From Eledone cirrhosa (lineage: Eukaryota), in NCBI GenBank assembly GCA_964016885.1, contig OZ024743.1, positions 143,158,001 to 143,222,000 on the forward strand: a DNA stretch of 64,000 nucleotides. The letters are read 5' to 3'. This document shows, one piece after another, positions 11,450-24,600 of this stretch (within the stretch, counting starts at the first letter, position 1; each line of letters begins with the position of its first letter). The notes under the pieces are model-generated. The model was given only the letters and a program-made list of their open reading frames with translations, made no database searches and had not been told where the DNA came from. A program made the position numbers and the translations under genes.

Positions 11450-14400
11450 GGTGCTTGGTGTTTGGTGTTTGGTGCTAGGTGCTTGGTGTTTGGTGCTTGG
11501 TGCTTGGTGTTTGTACTTGGTGCTTGGTCCTTGGTTCTTGGTGTTTGGTGCTTGGTGCTTGGTGTTTGGTGCTTGGTGCTTGGTGTTTGGTGCTTGGTGT
11601 TTGGTGCTTGGTATTTGGTGCTTGGTGCTTGGTGTTAGGTGTTTGGTGCTTGGTGCTTGGTGCTTGGTGCTTGGTGCTTGGTGTTTGGTGCTTGGTGTTT
11701 GGTATTTGGTGCTTGGTGTTTGGTGCTTGGTACTTGGTGCTTGGTGTTAGGTGTTTGGTGCTTGGTGCTTGGTGTTTGGTTTTTGGTGCTTGGTGCTTGG
11801 TGTTTGGTGTTTGGTGCTTGCTGCTGGCTGCTTGGTGTTTGGTGCTTGGTGATTGGTGCTTGGTGTTTGGTGCTTGGTGTTTGGTGTTTGGTGCTAGGTG
11901 CTTGGTGTTTGGTGCTTGGTGCTTGGTGTTTGGTGTTTGGTGTTTGGTGCTTGGTGCTTGGTGTTTGGTTTTTGGTGCTTGGTGCTTGGTGTTTGGTGTT
12001 TGGTGCTTGCTGCTGGCTGCTTGGTGTTTGGTGCTTGGTGATTGGTGCTTGGTGTTTGGTGCTTGGTGTTTGGTGCTTGGTGCTGGGTGGTTGGTGTTTG
12101 TTGCTTGGTGTTTGGTGCTGGGTGCTTGGTGTTTGGTGCTTGGTGCTTGGTCTTTGGTGCTTGGTGTTTGGTGTTTGGTGCTTGGTGCTTGGTGTTTGGT
12201 GCTTGGTGCTTGGTGTTTGGTGCTTGGTGCTTGGTGCTTAGTGTTTGGTGCTAGGTGCTTGGGGTTTGGTGTTTGGTGCTTTGTGCTTGGTGTTTGGTGC
12301 TTGATGCTTGGTGTTTGGTGTTTGGTTCTTGGTGCTTGGTGTTTGCTGTTTGCTGTTTGCTGTTTGGTGTTTGTTGTTTGGTGTTTGTTCTTTGCTGTTT
12401 GGTGTTTGGTGTTTGCTGTTTGCTGTTTGGTGTCTGCTTTTTGGTGTTTGGTGTTTGCTGTATGTTGTTTGGTGTTTGGTGTTTGGTGTTTGGTGTTTGG
12501 TGCTTGGTGCTCGATGTTTGGTGCTTGGTGCTTGGTGTTTGGTGCCTGGTGCTTGGTGCTTGGTGTTTGGTGTTTGGTGTTTGGTGCTTGGTGTTTGGTG
12601 TTTGGTGTTTGGTGCTTGGAGTTTGGTGTTTGGTGCTTGGTGCTTGGTGTTTTGTGTTTGGTGTTTGGTTTTTGGTGCTTGGTGCTTGGTGCTTGGTCCT
12701 TGGTGTTTGGTGCTGGGTGCTTTGTGTTTGGTGCTTGGTGCTTGGTGCTTGGTGTTTGGTGTTTGCTGCTTGGTGTTTGATGCTTGGTGCTTGGTGCTTG
12801 GTGTTTTGTGTTTGGTGCTTGGTGCTTGGTGTTTGGTGCTTGGTGCTTGGTGCTTGGTGTTTGTACTTGGTGCTTGGTGCCTGGTGTTTGGTTCTTGGTG
12901 TTTGGTACTTGGTGCTTGGTGCTTGGTGTTTGGTGGTTGGTGCTTGGTGTTTGGTGCTTGGTGCTTCGTGCTTGGTGCTTGGTGTTAGGTGTTTGGTGCT
13001 TGGTGCTTGGTGTTTGGTGCTTCATGCTTGGTGCTTGGTGTTTGGTGCTTGGTTTTTGGAGCTTAGTTTCTGGTGCTTGGTGTTTGGTGCTTGGTGCTTG
13101 GTGTTTGGTGTTGGGTGCTTGGTGTTTGGTGCTTGGTGCTTGGTGTTAGGTGTTTGGTGCTTGGTGTTTGATCCTTGGTGCTTGGTGTTTGGTGTTTGGT
13201 GCTTGGTGCTTGGTGTTTGGTGTTTGGTGCTTGCTGCTTGCTGCTTGGTGTTTGGTGTTTTGGTGTTTTGTGCTAGGTGCTTGGTGTTTGGTACTTGGTG
13301 ATTGGTGCTTGGTGCTTGGTGTTTGGTGTTTGGTGCTTGGTGCTTGGTGTTTGGTGTTTGTTGTTTGGTGCTTGGTGTCTGGTGCTTGGTGTTTGGTGCT
13401 TGGAGTTTGGTGTTCGGTGTTTGGTGCTTTTTGCTTGGTGCTTGGTGCTTGGTGTTTGGTGCTTGGTGCTTGGTGTTTGGTGCTGGGTGCTTGGTGATTG
13501 GTGTTTGGTGTTATATGCTTGGTGTTCGATGCTTGGTGCTTGGTGCTTGGTGTTTGGTGTTTGATGCTTGGTGCTTGGTGCTTGGTGTTTGGTGCTTGGT
13601 GCTTGGTGTTTGTACTTGGTGTTTGGTGCTTGGTGCTTGGTGTTTGGTGCTTGGTGCTTGGTGCTTGGTGTTTGGTATTTGGTGCTTCGTGTTTGGTGCT
13701 TGGTGTTTGGTGCTTGGTACTTGGTGCTTGGTGCTTGGTGTTAGGTGTTTGGTGCTTGGTGCTTGGTGCTTGGGGCTTGGTGTTTGGTGCTTGGTGTTTG
13801 GTGCTTGGTGCTTGGTGCTTGGTGCTTGGTGCTTGGTGTTTGGTGCTTGGTGTTTGGTGCTTGGTGTTAGGTGTTTGGTGCTTGGTGCTTGGTGTTTGTA
13901 CTTGGTGCTTGGTGCTTGGTGCTTGGTGTTTGGTGCTTGGTGCTTGGTGCTTGGTGTTTGGTATTTGGTGCTTGGTGTTTGGTGTTTGGTGCTTGGTGTT
14001 TGGTGCTTGGTACTTGGTGTTTGGTGCTTGGTGTTTGGTGTTTGGTGCTTGGTGTTTGGTGCTTTTTGCTTGGTGCTTGGTGTTTGATGCTTGGTGTTTG
14101 GTGCTGGGTGCTTGGTGCTTGGTGTTTGGTGTTTGGTGCTTGGTGCTTGGTGTTTGGTGTTTGGTGCTATATGCTTGGTGTTTGATGCTTGGTGCTTGGT
14201 GCTTGTTGTTAGGTGTTTGGTGCTTGGTGTTTGATGCTTGGTGCTTGGTGTTTGGTGCTTGGTGCTTGGTGTTTGGTGCTTGGTGCTTGGTGTTTGGTGC
14301 TTGGTGTTTGGTGCTTGGTGCTTGGTGCTTGGTGCTTGGTGTTTGGTGGTTGGTGCTTGGTGCTTGGTGTTAGGTGTTTGGTGCTTGGTGCTTGGTGTTT

Positions 14401-17400
14401 GGTGTTTGGTGCTTGGTGTTTGGTGCTTGGTACTTGGTGCTTGGTGCTTGGTGTTAGGTGTTTGGTGCTTGGTGCTTGGTGTCTGGTTTTTGGTGCTTGG
14501 TGCTTGGTGTTTGGTGTTTGGTGCTTGCTGCTGGCTGCTTGGTGTTTGGTGCTTGGTGATTGGTGCTAGGTGTTTGGTGCTAGGTGCTTGGTGTTTGGTT
14601 CTTGGTGCTTGGTGTTTGTACTTGGTGCTTGGTGTTTGGTGTTTGGTGCTTGGTGTCTTGTGCTTGGTGTTTGGTGTTTGGTGCTTGGTGCTTGGTGTTT
14701 GGTGTTTGGTGCTTGGTGTTTGGTGTTTGGTGCTTGTTGCTTGGTGCTTGATGTTTGGTGCTTGGTGCTTGGTGTTTGGTGCTGGGTGCTTGGTGCTTGG
14801 TATTTGGTGTTTGGTGTTTGGTGCTTGGTGTTTGGTGTTTGGTGTTATATGCTTGGTGTTTGAGGCTTGGTGCTTGGTGCTTGGTGTTTGGTGTTGGGTG
14901 CTTGGTGTTTGATGCTTGGTGCTTGGTGCTTGGTGTTTATACTTGGTGCTTGGTGCTTGGTTCTTGGTGTTTGGTGCTTGGTGTTTGGTGCTTGGTGCTT
15001 GGTGTTTGGTGTTTGGTGCTTGGTGCTTGGTGCTTGGTGCTTGGTGTTTGGTGTTTGGTGCTTGGTGTTAGGTGTTTGGTGCTTGGTGTTTGGTGCTTGG
15101 TGCTTGGTGTTTGGTGCTTGGTGTTTGGTGCTTGGTACTTGGTGCTTGGTGCTTGGTGTTAGGTGTTTGGTGCTTGGTGCTTGGTGTTTGGTTTTTGGTG
15201 CTTGGTGCTTGGTGTTTGGTGTTTGGTGCTTGCTGCTGGCTGCTTGGTGTTTGGTGCTTGGTGATTGGTGCTTGGTGTTTGGTGCTTGGTGTTTGGTGTT
15301 TGGTGCTAGGTGCTTGGTGTTTGGTGCTTGGTGCTTGGTGTTTGTACTTGGTGCTTGGTCCTTGGTTCTTGGTGTTTGGTGCTTGGTGCTTGGTGTTTGG
15401 TGCTTGGTGCTTGGTGTTTGGTGCTTGGTGTTTGGTGCTTGGTGTTTGGTGCTTGGTGCTTGGTGCTTGGTGCTTGGTGTTAGGTGTTTGGTGCTTGGTG
15501 CTTGGTGCTTGGTGTTTGGTGCTTGGTGTTTGGTGCTTGGTGTTTGGTGTTTGGTGCTTGGTGTTTGGTGCTTGGTACTTGGTGCTTGGTGCTTGGTGTT
15601 AGGTGTTTGGTGCTTGGGGCTTGGTGTTTGGTTTTTGGTGCTTGGTGCTTGGTGTTTGGTGTTTGGTGCTTGCTGCTGGCTGCTTGGTGTTTGGTGCTTG
15701 GTGATTGGTGCTTGGTGTTTGGTGCTTGGTGTTTGGTGTTTGGTGCTAGGTGCTTGGTGTTTGGTGCTTGGTGCTTGGTGTTTGGTGTTTGGTGCTTGGT
15801 GCTTGGTGTTTGGTGCTTGGTGCTGGGTGGTTGGTGTTTGTTGCTTGTGGTTTGGTGCTGGGTGCTTGGTGTTTGGTGCTTGGTGCTTGGTCTTTGGTGC
15901 TTGGTGTTTGGTGTTTGGTGCTTGGTGCTTGGTGTTTGGTGCTTGGTGCTTGGTGTTTGGTGCTTGGTGCTTGGTGCTTAGTGTTTGGTGCTAGGTGCTT
16001 GGGGTTTGGTGTTTGGTGCTTGGTGCTTGGTGTTTGGTGCTTGATGCTTGGTGTTTGGTGTTTGGTTCTTGGTGCTTGGTGTTTGGTGTTTGCTGTTTGC
16101 TGTTTGGTGTTTGTTGTTTGGTGTTTGTTGTTTGCTGTTTGGTGTCTGCTTTTTGCTGTATGTTGTTTGCTGTTTGGTGTTTGGTGTTTGGTGTTTGGTG
16201 CTTGGTGCTTGGTGTTTGGTGCTTGGTGCTTGGTGTTTGGTGCCTGGTCTTTGGTGTTTGGTGTTTGGTGCTTGGAGTTTGGTGTTTGGTGCTTGGTGCT
16301 TGGTGTTTTGTGTTTGGTGTTTGGTTTTTGGTGCTTGGTGCTTGGTGCTTGGTCCTTGGTGTTTGGTGCTGGGTGCTTTGTGTTTGGTGCTTGGTGCTTG
16401 GTGCTTGGTGTTTGGTGTTTGCTGCTTGGTGTTTGATGCTTGGTGCTTGGTGCTTGGTGTTTTGTGTTTGGTGCTTGGTGCTTGGTGTTTGGTGCTTGGT
16501 GCTTGGTGCTTGGTGTTTGTACTTGGTGCTTGGTGCTTGGTGTTTGGTTCTTGGTGTTTGGTACTTGGTGCTTGGTGCTTGGTGTTTGGTGTTTGGTGCT
16601 AGGTGCTTGGTGTTTGGTGCTTGGTGCTTGGTGTTTGTACTTGGTGCTTGGTCCTTGGTTCTTGGTGTTTGGTGCTTGGTGCTTGGTGTTTGGTGCTTGG
16701 TGCTTGGTGTTTGGTGCTTGGTGTTTGGTGCTTGGTATTTGGTGCTTGGTGCTTGGTGTTAGGTGTTTGGTGCTTGGTGCTTGGTGCTTGGTGTTTGGTG
16801 CTTGGTGTTTGGTGCTTGGTGTTTGGTGTTTGGTGCTTGGTGTTTGGTGCTTGGTACTTGGTGCTTGGTGTTAGGTGTTTGGTGCTTGGTGCTTGGTGTT
16901 TGGTTTTTGGTGCTTGGTGCTTGGTGTTTGGTGTTTGGTGCTTGCTGCTGGCTGCTTGGTGTTTGGTGCTTGGTGATTGGTGCTTGGTGTTTGGTGCTTG
17001 GTGTTTGGTGTTTGGTGCTAGGTGCTTGGTGTTTGGTGCTTGGTGCTTGGTGTTTGGTGTTTGGTGTTTGGTGCTTGGTGCTTGGTGTTTGGTTTTTGGT
17101 GCTTGGTGCTTGGTGTTTGGTGTTTGGTGCTTGCTGCTGGCTGCTTGGTGTTTGGTGCTTGGTGATTGGTGCTTGGTGTTTGGTGCTTGGTGTTTGGTGC
17201 TTGGTGCTGGGTGGTTGGTGTTTGTTGCTTGGTGTTTGGTGCTGGGTGCTTGGTGTTTGGTGCTTGGTGCTTGGTCTTTGGTGCTTGGTGTTTGGTGTTT
17301 GGTGCTTGGTGCTTGGTGTTTGGTGCTTGGTGCTTGGTGTTTGGTGCTTGGTGCTTGGTGCTTAGTGTTTGGTGCTAGGTGCTTGGGGTTTGGTGTTTGG

Positions 17401-20400
17401 TGCTTTGTGCTTGGTGTTTGGTGCTTGATGCTTGGTGTTTGGTGTTTGGTTCTTGGTGCTTGGTGTTTGCTGTTTGCTGTTTGCTGTTTGGTGTTTGTTG
17501 TTTGGTGTTTGTTCTTTGCTGTTTGGTGTTTGGTGTTTGCTGTTTGCTGTTTGGTGTCTGCTTTTTGGTGTTTGGTGTTTGCTGTATGTTGTTTGCTGTT
17601 TGGTGTTTGGTGTTTGGTGTTTGGTGCTTGGTGCTCGATGTTTGGTGCTTGGTGCTTGGTGTTTGGTGCCTGGTGCTTGGTGCTTGGTGTTTGGTGTTTG
17701 GTGTTTGGTGCTTGGTGTTTGGTGTTTGGTGTTTGGTGCTTGGAGTTTGGTGTTTGGTGCTTGGTGCTTGGTGTTTTGTGTTTGGTGTTTGGTTTTTGGT
17801 GCTTGGTGCTTGGTGCTTGGTCCTTGGTGTTTGGTGCTGGGTGCTTTGTGTTTGGTGCTTGGTGCTTGGTGCTTGGTGTTTGGTGTTTGCTGCTTGGTGT
17901 TTGATGCTTGGTGCTTGGTGCTTGGTGTTTTGTGTTTGGTGCTTGGTGCTTGGTGTTTGGTGCTTGGTGCTTGGTGCTTGGTGTTTGTACTTGGTGCTTG
18001 GTGCCTGGTGTTTGGTTCTTGGTGTTTGGTACTTGGTGCTTGGTGCTTGGTGTTTGGTGTTTGGTGCTTGGTGTTTGGTGCTTGGTGCTTCGTGCTTGGT
18101 GCTTGGTGTTAGGTGTTTGGTGCTTGGTGCTTGGTGTTTGGTGCTTCATGCTTGGTGCTTGGTGTTTGGTGCTTGGTTTTTGGAGCTTAGTTTCTGGTGC
18201 TTGGTGTTTGGTGCTTGGTGCTTGGTGTTTGGTGTTGGGTGCTTGGTGTTTGGTGCTTGGTGCTTGGTGTTAGGTGTTTGGTGCTTGGTGTTTGATCCTT
18301 TGTGCTTGGTGTTTGGTGTTTGGTGCTTGGTGCTTGGTGTTTGGTGTTTGGTGCTTGCTGCTTGCTGCTTGGTGTTTGGTGTTTTGGTGTTTTGTGCTAG
18401 GTGCTTGGTGTTTGGTACTTGGTGATTGGTGCTTGGTGCTTGGTGTTTGGTGTTTGGTGCTTGGTGCTTGGTGTTTGGTGTTTGTTGTTTGGTGCTTGGT
18501 GTCTGGTGCTTGGTGTTTGGTGCTTGGAGTTTGGTGTTCGGTGTTTGGTGCTTTTTGCTTGGTGCTTGGTGCTTGGTGTTTGGTGCTTGGTGCTTGGTGT
18601 TTGGTGCTGGGTGCTTGGTGATTGGTGTTTGGTGTTATATGCTTGGTGTTCGATGCTTGGTGCTTGGTGCTTGGTGTTTGGTGTTTGATGCTTGGTGCTT
18701 GGTGCTTGGTGTTTGGTGCTTGGTGCTTGGTGTTTGTACTTGGTGTTTGGTGCTTGGTGCTTGGTGTTTGGTGCTTGGTGCTTGGTGCTTGGTGTTTGGT
18801 ATTTGGTGCTTCGTGTTTGGTGCTTGGTGTTTGGTGCTTGGTACTTGGTGCTTGGTGCTTGGTGTTAGGTGTTTGGTGCTTGGTGCTTGGTGCTTGGTGC
18901 TTGGTGTTTGGTGCTTGGTGTTTGGTGCTTGGTGCTTGGTGCTTGGTGCTTGGTGCTTGGTGTTTGGTGCTTGGTGTTTGGTGCTTGGTGTTAGGTGTTT
19001 GGTGCTTGGTGCTTGGTGTTTGTACTTGGTGCTTGGTGCTTGGTGCTTGGTGTTTGGTGCTTGGTGCTTGGTGCTTGGTGTTTGGTATTTGGTGCTTGGT
19101 GTTTGGTGTTTGGTGCTTGGTGTTTGGTGCTTGGTACTTGGTGTTTGGTGCTTGGTGTTTGGTGTTTGGTGCTTGGTGTTTGGTGCTTTTTGCTTGGTGC
19201 TTGGTGTTTGATGCTTGGTGTTTGGTGCTGGGTGCTTGGTGCTTGGTGTTTGGTGTTTGGTGCTTGGTGCTTGGTGTTTGGTGTTTGGTGCTATATGCTT
19301 GGTGTTTGATGCTTGGTGCTTGGTGCTTGTTGTTAGGTGTTTGGTGCTTGGTGTTTGATGCTTGGTGCTTGGTGTTTGGTGCTTGGTGCTTGGTGTTTGG
19401 TGCTTGGTGCTTGGTGTTTGGTGCTTGGTGTTTGGTGCTTGGTGCTTGGTGCTTGGTGCTTGGTGTTTGGTGGTTGGTGCTTGGTGCTTGGTATTAGGTG
19501 TTTGGTGCTTGGTGCTTGGTGTTTGGTGTTTGGTGCTTGGTGTTTGGTGCTTGGTACTTGGTGCTTGGTGCTTGGTGTTAGGTGTTTGGTGCTTGGTGCT
19601 TGGTGTCTGGTTTTTGGTGCTTGGTGCTTGGTGTTTGGTGTTTGGTGCTTGCTGCTGGCTGCTTGGTGTTTGGTGCTTGGTGCTTGGTGTTTGGTTCTTG
19701 GTGCTTGGTGTTTGTACTTGGTGCTTGGTGTTTGGTGTTTGGTGCTTGGTGTCTGGTGCTTGGTGTTTGGTGTTTGGTGCTTGGTGCTTGGTGTTTGGTG
19801 TTTGGTGCTTGGTGTTTGGTGTTTGGTGCTTGTTGCTTGGTGCTTGATGTTTGGTGCTTGGTGCTTGGTGTTTGGTGCTGGGTGCTTGGTGCTTGGTATT
19901 TGGTGTTTGGTGTTTGGTGCTTGGTGTTTGGTGTTTGGTGTTATATGCTTGGTGTTTGAGGCTTGGTGCTTGGTGCTTGGTGTTTGGTGTTGGGTGCTTG
20001 GTGTTTGATGCTTGGTGCTTGGTATTTGTACTTGGTGCTTGGTGCTTGGTTCTTGGTGTTTGGTGCTTGGTGTTTGGTGCTTGGTGCTTGGTGTTTGGTG
20101 TTTGGTGCTTGGTGCTTGGTGCTTGGTGCTTGGTGTTTGGTGTTTGGTGCTTGGTGTTAGGTGTTTGGGGCTTGGTGTTTGGTGCTTGGTGCTTGGTGTT
20201 TGGTGCTTGGTGTTTGGTGCTTGGTACTTGGTGCTTGGTGCTTGGTGTTAGGTGTTTGGTGCTTGGTGCTTGGTGTTTGGTTTTTGGTGCTTGGTGCTTG
20301 GTGTTTGGTGTTTGGTGCTTGCTGCTGGCTGCTTGGTGTTTGGTGCTTGGTGATTGGTGCTTGGTGTTTGGTGCTTGGTGTTTGGTGTTTGGTGCTAGGT

Positions 20401-21690
20401 GCTTGGTGTTTGGTGCTTGGTGCTTGGTGTTTGTACTTGGTGCTTGGTCCTTGGTTCTTGGTGTTTGGTGCTTGGTGCTTGGTGTTTGGTGCTTGGTGCT
20501 TGGTGTTTGGTGCTTGGTGTTTGGTGCTTGGTGTTTGGTGCTTGGTGCTTGGTGCTTGGTGCTTGGTGTTAGGTGTTTGGTGCTTGGTGCTTGGTGCTTG
20601 GTGTTTGGTGCTTGGTGTTTGGTGCTTGGTGTTTGGTGTTTGGTGCTTGGTGTTTGGTGCTTGGTACTTGGTGCTTGGTGCTTGGTGTTAGGTGTTTGGT
20701 GCTTGGGGCTTGGTGTTTGGTTTTTGGTGCTTGGTGCTTGGTGTTTGGTGTTTGGTGCTTGCTGCTGGCTGCTTGGTGTTTGGTGCTTGGTGATTGGTGC
20801 TTGGTGTTTGGTGCTTGGTGTTTGGTGTTTGGTGCTAGGTGCTTGGTGTTTGGTGCTTGGTGCTTGGTGTTTGGTGTTTGGTGCTTGGTGCTTGGTGTTT
20901 GGTGCTTGGTGCTGGGTGGTTGGTGTTTGTTGCTTGTGGTTTGGTGCTGGGTGCTTGGTGTTTGGTGCTTGGTGCTTGGTCTTTGGTGCTTGGTGTTTGG
21001 TGTTTGGTGCTTGGTGCTTGGTGTTTGGTGCTTGGTGCTTGGTGTTTGGTGCTTGGTGCTTGGTGCTTAGTGTTTGGTGCTAGGTGCTTGGGGTTTGGTG
21101 TTTGGTGCTTGGTGCTTGGTGTTTGGTGCTTGATGCTTGGTGTTTGGTGTTTGGTTCTTGGTGCTTGGTGTTTGGTGTTTGCTGTTTGCTGTTTGGTGTT
21201 TGTTGTTTGGTGTTTGTTGTTTGCTGTTTGGTGTCTGCTTTTTGCTGTATGTTGTTTGCTGTTTGGTGTTTGGTGTTTGGTGTTTGGTGCTTGGTGCTTG
21301 GTGTTTGGTGCTTGGTGCTTGGTGTTTGGTGCCTGGTCTTTGGTGTTTGGTGTTTGGTGCTTGGAGTTTGGTGTTTGGTGCTTGGTGCTTGGTGTTTTGT
21401 GTTTGGTGTTTGGTTTTTGGTGCTTGGTGCTTGGTGCTTGGTCCTTGGTGTTTGGTGCTGGGTGCTTTGTGTTTGGTGCTTGATGCTTGGTGCTTGGTGT
21501 TTGGTGTTTGCTGCTTGGTGTTTGATGCTTGGTGCTTGGTGCTTGGTGTTTTGTGTTTGGTGCTTGGTGCTTGGTGTTTGGTGCTTGGTGCTTGGTGCTT
21601 GGTGTTTGTACTTGGTGCTTGGTGCTTGGTGCTTGGTTCTTGGTGTTTGGTACTTGGTGCTTGGTGCTTGGTGTTTGGTGTTTGGTGCTT
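11450..21690. repeat. Higher-order tandem repeat, 2 copies, period 5124 bp shrinking to 5089 bp
   Basis: Near-identical ORF pairs: 11475/16599, 12255/17379 and 13498/18622 (5124); 14755/19851 (5096); 15072/20161 and 15995/21084 (5089). Marker GAGCTTAGTTTC at 13059/18183. Confidence 0.95.
11748..12080. repeat. Local 189-bp (27-monomer) duplication, also present in the HOR copy at ~16872-17204
   Basis: GGTTTTTGG / GCTGCTGGCTGC / GGTGATTGG repeat, with GCTGCTGGC at 11820 and 12009. Confidence 0.85.
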
Positions 21691-24600
21691 GGTGTTTGGT
21701 GCTTGGTGCTTGGTGCTTGGTGTTAGGTGTTTGGTGCTTGGTGCTTGGTGTTTGGTGCTTCATGCTTGGTGCTTGGTGTTTGGTGCTTGGTTTTGGGAGC
21801 TTAGTTTCTGGTGCTTGGTGTTTGGTGCTTGGTGCTTGGTGTTTGGTGTTGGGTGCTTGGTGTTTGGTGCTTGGTGCTTGGTGTTAGGTGTTTGGTGCTT
21901 GGTGTTTGATCCTTGGTGCTTGGTGTTTGGTGTTTGGTGCTTGGTGCTTGGTGTTTGGTGTTTGATGCTTGCTGCTTGCTGCTTGGTGTTTGGTGTTTTG
22001 GTGTTTTGTGCTAGGTGCTTGGTGTTTGGTACTTGGTGATTGGTGCTTGGTGCTTGGTGTTTGGTGTTTGGTGCTTGGTGCTTGGTGTTTGGTGTTTGTT
22101 GTTTGGTGCTTGGTGTCTGGTGCTTGGTGTTTGGTGCTTGGAGTTTGGTGTTCGGTGTTTGGTGCTTTTTGCTTGGTGCTTGGTGCTTGGTGTTTGGTGC
22201 TTGGTGCTTGGTGTTTGGTGCTGGGTGCTTGGTGATTGGTGTTTGGTGTTATATGCTTGGTGTTCGATGCTTGGTGCTTGGTGCTTGGTGTTTGGTGTTT
22301 GATGCTTGGTGCTTGGTGCTTGGTGTTTGGTGCTTGGTGCTTGGTGTTTGTACTTGGTGTTTGGTGCTTGGTGCTTGGTGTTTGGTGCTTGGTGCTTGGT
22401 GCTTGGTGTTTGGTATTTGGTGCTTCGTGTTTGGTGCTTGGTGTTTGGTGCTTGGTACTTGGTGCTTGGTGCTTGGTGTTAGGTGTTTGGTGCTTGGTGC
22501 TTGGTGCTTGGTGCTTGGTGTTTGGTGCTTGGTGTTTGGTGCTTGGTGCTTGGTGCTTGGTGCTTGGTGCTTGGTGTTTGGTGCTTGGTGTTTGGTGCTT
22601 GGTGTTAGGTGTTTGGTGCTTGGTGCTTGGTGTTTGTACTTGGTGCTTGGTGCTTGGTGCTTGGTGTTTGGTGCTTGGTGCTTGGTGCTTGGTGTTTGGT
22701 ATTTGGTGCTTGGTGTTTGGTGTTTGGTGCTTGGTGTTTGGTGCTTGGTACTTGGTGTTTGGTGCTTGGTGTTTGGTGTTTGGTGCTTGGTGTTTGGTGC
22801 TTTTTGCTTGGTGCTTGGTGTTTGATGCTTGGTGTTTGGTGCTGGGTGCTTGGTGCTTGGTGTTTGGTGTTTGGTGCTTGGTGCTTGGTGTTTGGTGTTT
22901 GGTGCTATATGCTTGGTGTTTGATGCTTGGTGCTTGGTGCTTGTTGTTAGGTGTTTGATGCTTGGTGTTTGATGCTTGGTGCTTGGTGTTTGGTGCTTGG
23001 TGCTTGGTGTTTGGTGCTTGGTGCTTGGTGTTTGGTGCTTGGTGTTTGGTGCTTGGTGCTTGGTGCTTGGTGCTTGGTGTTTGGTGGTTGGTGCTTGGTG
23101 CTTGGTATTAGGTGTTTGGTGCTTGGTGCTTGGTGTTTGGTGTTTGGTGCTTGGTGTTTGGTGCTTGGTACTTGGTGCTTGGTGCTTGGTGTTAGGTGTT
23201 TGGTGCTTGGTGCTTGGTGTCTGGTTTTTGGTGCTTGGTGCTTGGTGTTTGGTGTTTGGTGCTTGCTGCTGGCTGCTTGGTGTTTGGTGCTTGGTGCTTG
23301 GTGTTTGGTTCTTGGTGCTTGGTGTTTGTACTTGGTGCTTGGTGTTTGGTGTTTGGTGCTTGGTGTCTGGTGCTTGGTGTTTGGTGTTTGGTGCTTGGTG
23401 CTTGGTGTTTGGTGTTTGGTGCTTGGTGTTTGGTGTTTGGTGCTTGTTGCTTGGTGCTTGATGTTTGGTGCTTGGTGCTTGGTGTTTGGTGCTGGGTGCT
23501 TGGTGCTTGGTATTTGGTGTTTGGTGTTTGGTGCTTGGTGTTTGGTGTTTGGTGTTATATGCTTGGTGTTTGAGGCTTGGTGCTTGGTGCTTGGTGTTTG
23601 GTGTTGGGTGCTTGGTGTTTGATGCTTGGTGCTTGGTATTTGTACTTGGTGCTTGGTGCTTGGTTCTTGGTGTTTGGTGCTTGGTGTTTGGTGCTTGGTG
23701 CTTGGTGTTTGGTGTTTGGTGCTTGGTGCTTGGTGCTTGGTGCTTGGTGTTTGGTGTTTGGTGCTTGGTGTTAGGTGTTTGGGGCTTGGTGTTTGGTGCT
23801 TGGTGCTTGGTGTTTGGTGCTTGGTGTTTGGTGCTTGGTACTTGGTGCTTGGTGCTTGGTGTTAGGTGTTTGGTGCTTGGTGCTTGGTGTTTGGTTTTTG
23901 GTGCTTGGTGCTTGGTGTTTGGTGTTTGGTGCTTGCTGCTGGCTGCTTGGTGTTTGGTGCTTGGTGATTGGTGCTTGGTGTTTGGTGCTTGGTGTTTGGT
24001 GTTTGGTGCTAGGTGCTTGGTGTTTGGTGCTTGGTGCTTGGTGTTTGTACTTGGTGCTTGGTCCTTGGTTCTTGGTGTTTGGTGCTTGGTGCTTGGTGTT
24101 TGGTGCTTGGTGCTTGGTGTTTGGTGCTTGGTGTTTGGTGCTTGGTGTTTGGTGCTTGGTGCTTGGTGCTTGGTGCTTGGTGTTAGGTGTTTGGTGCTTG
24201 GTGCTTGGTGCTTGGTGTTTGGTGCTTGGTGTTTGGTGCTTGGTGTTTGGTGTTTGGTGCTTGGTGTTTGGTGCTTGGTACTTGGTGCTTGGTGCTTGGT
24301 GTTAGGTGTTTTGTGCTTGGGGCTTGGTGTTTGGTTTTTGGTGCTTGGTGCTTGGTGTTTGGTGTTTGGTGCTTGCTGCTGGCTGCTTGGTGTTTGGTGC
24401 TTGGTGATTGGTGCTTGGTGTTTGGTGCTTGGTGTTTGGTGTTTGGTGCTAGGTGCTTGGTGTTTGGTGCTTGGTGCTTGGTGTTTGGTGTTTGGTGCTT
24501 GGTGCTTGGTGTTTGGTGCTTGGTGCTGGGTGGTTGGTGTTTGTTGCTTGTGGTTTGGTGCTGGGTGCTTGGTGTTTGGTGCTTGGTGCTTGGTCTTTGG

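Noticed and set aside
11475-18149. 516-aa minus-strand ORFs resembling mucin-like or heptad-repeat proteins (also 54519..55949 and others)
   Set aside because: The ATG comes from a rare TTCATGC/GCATGG variant. There is no signal peptide or unique domain, variation is not codon-position biased, and copies simply follow the HOR duplications.
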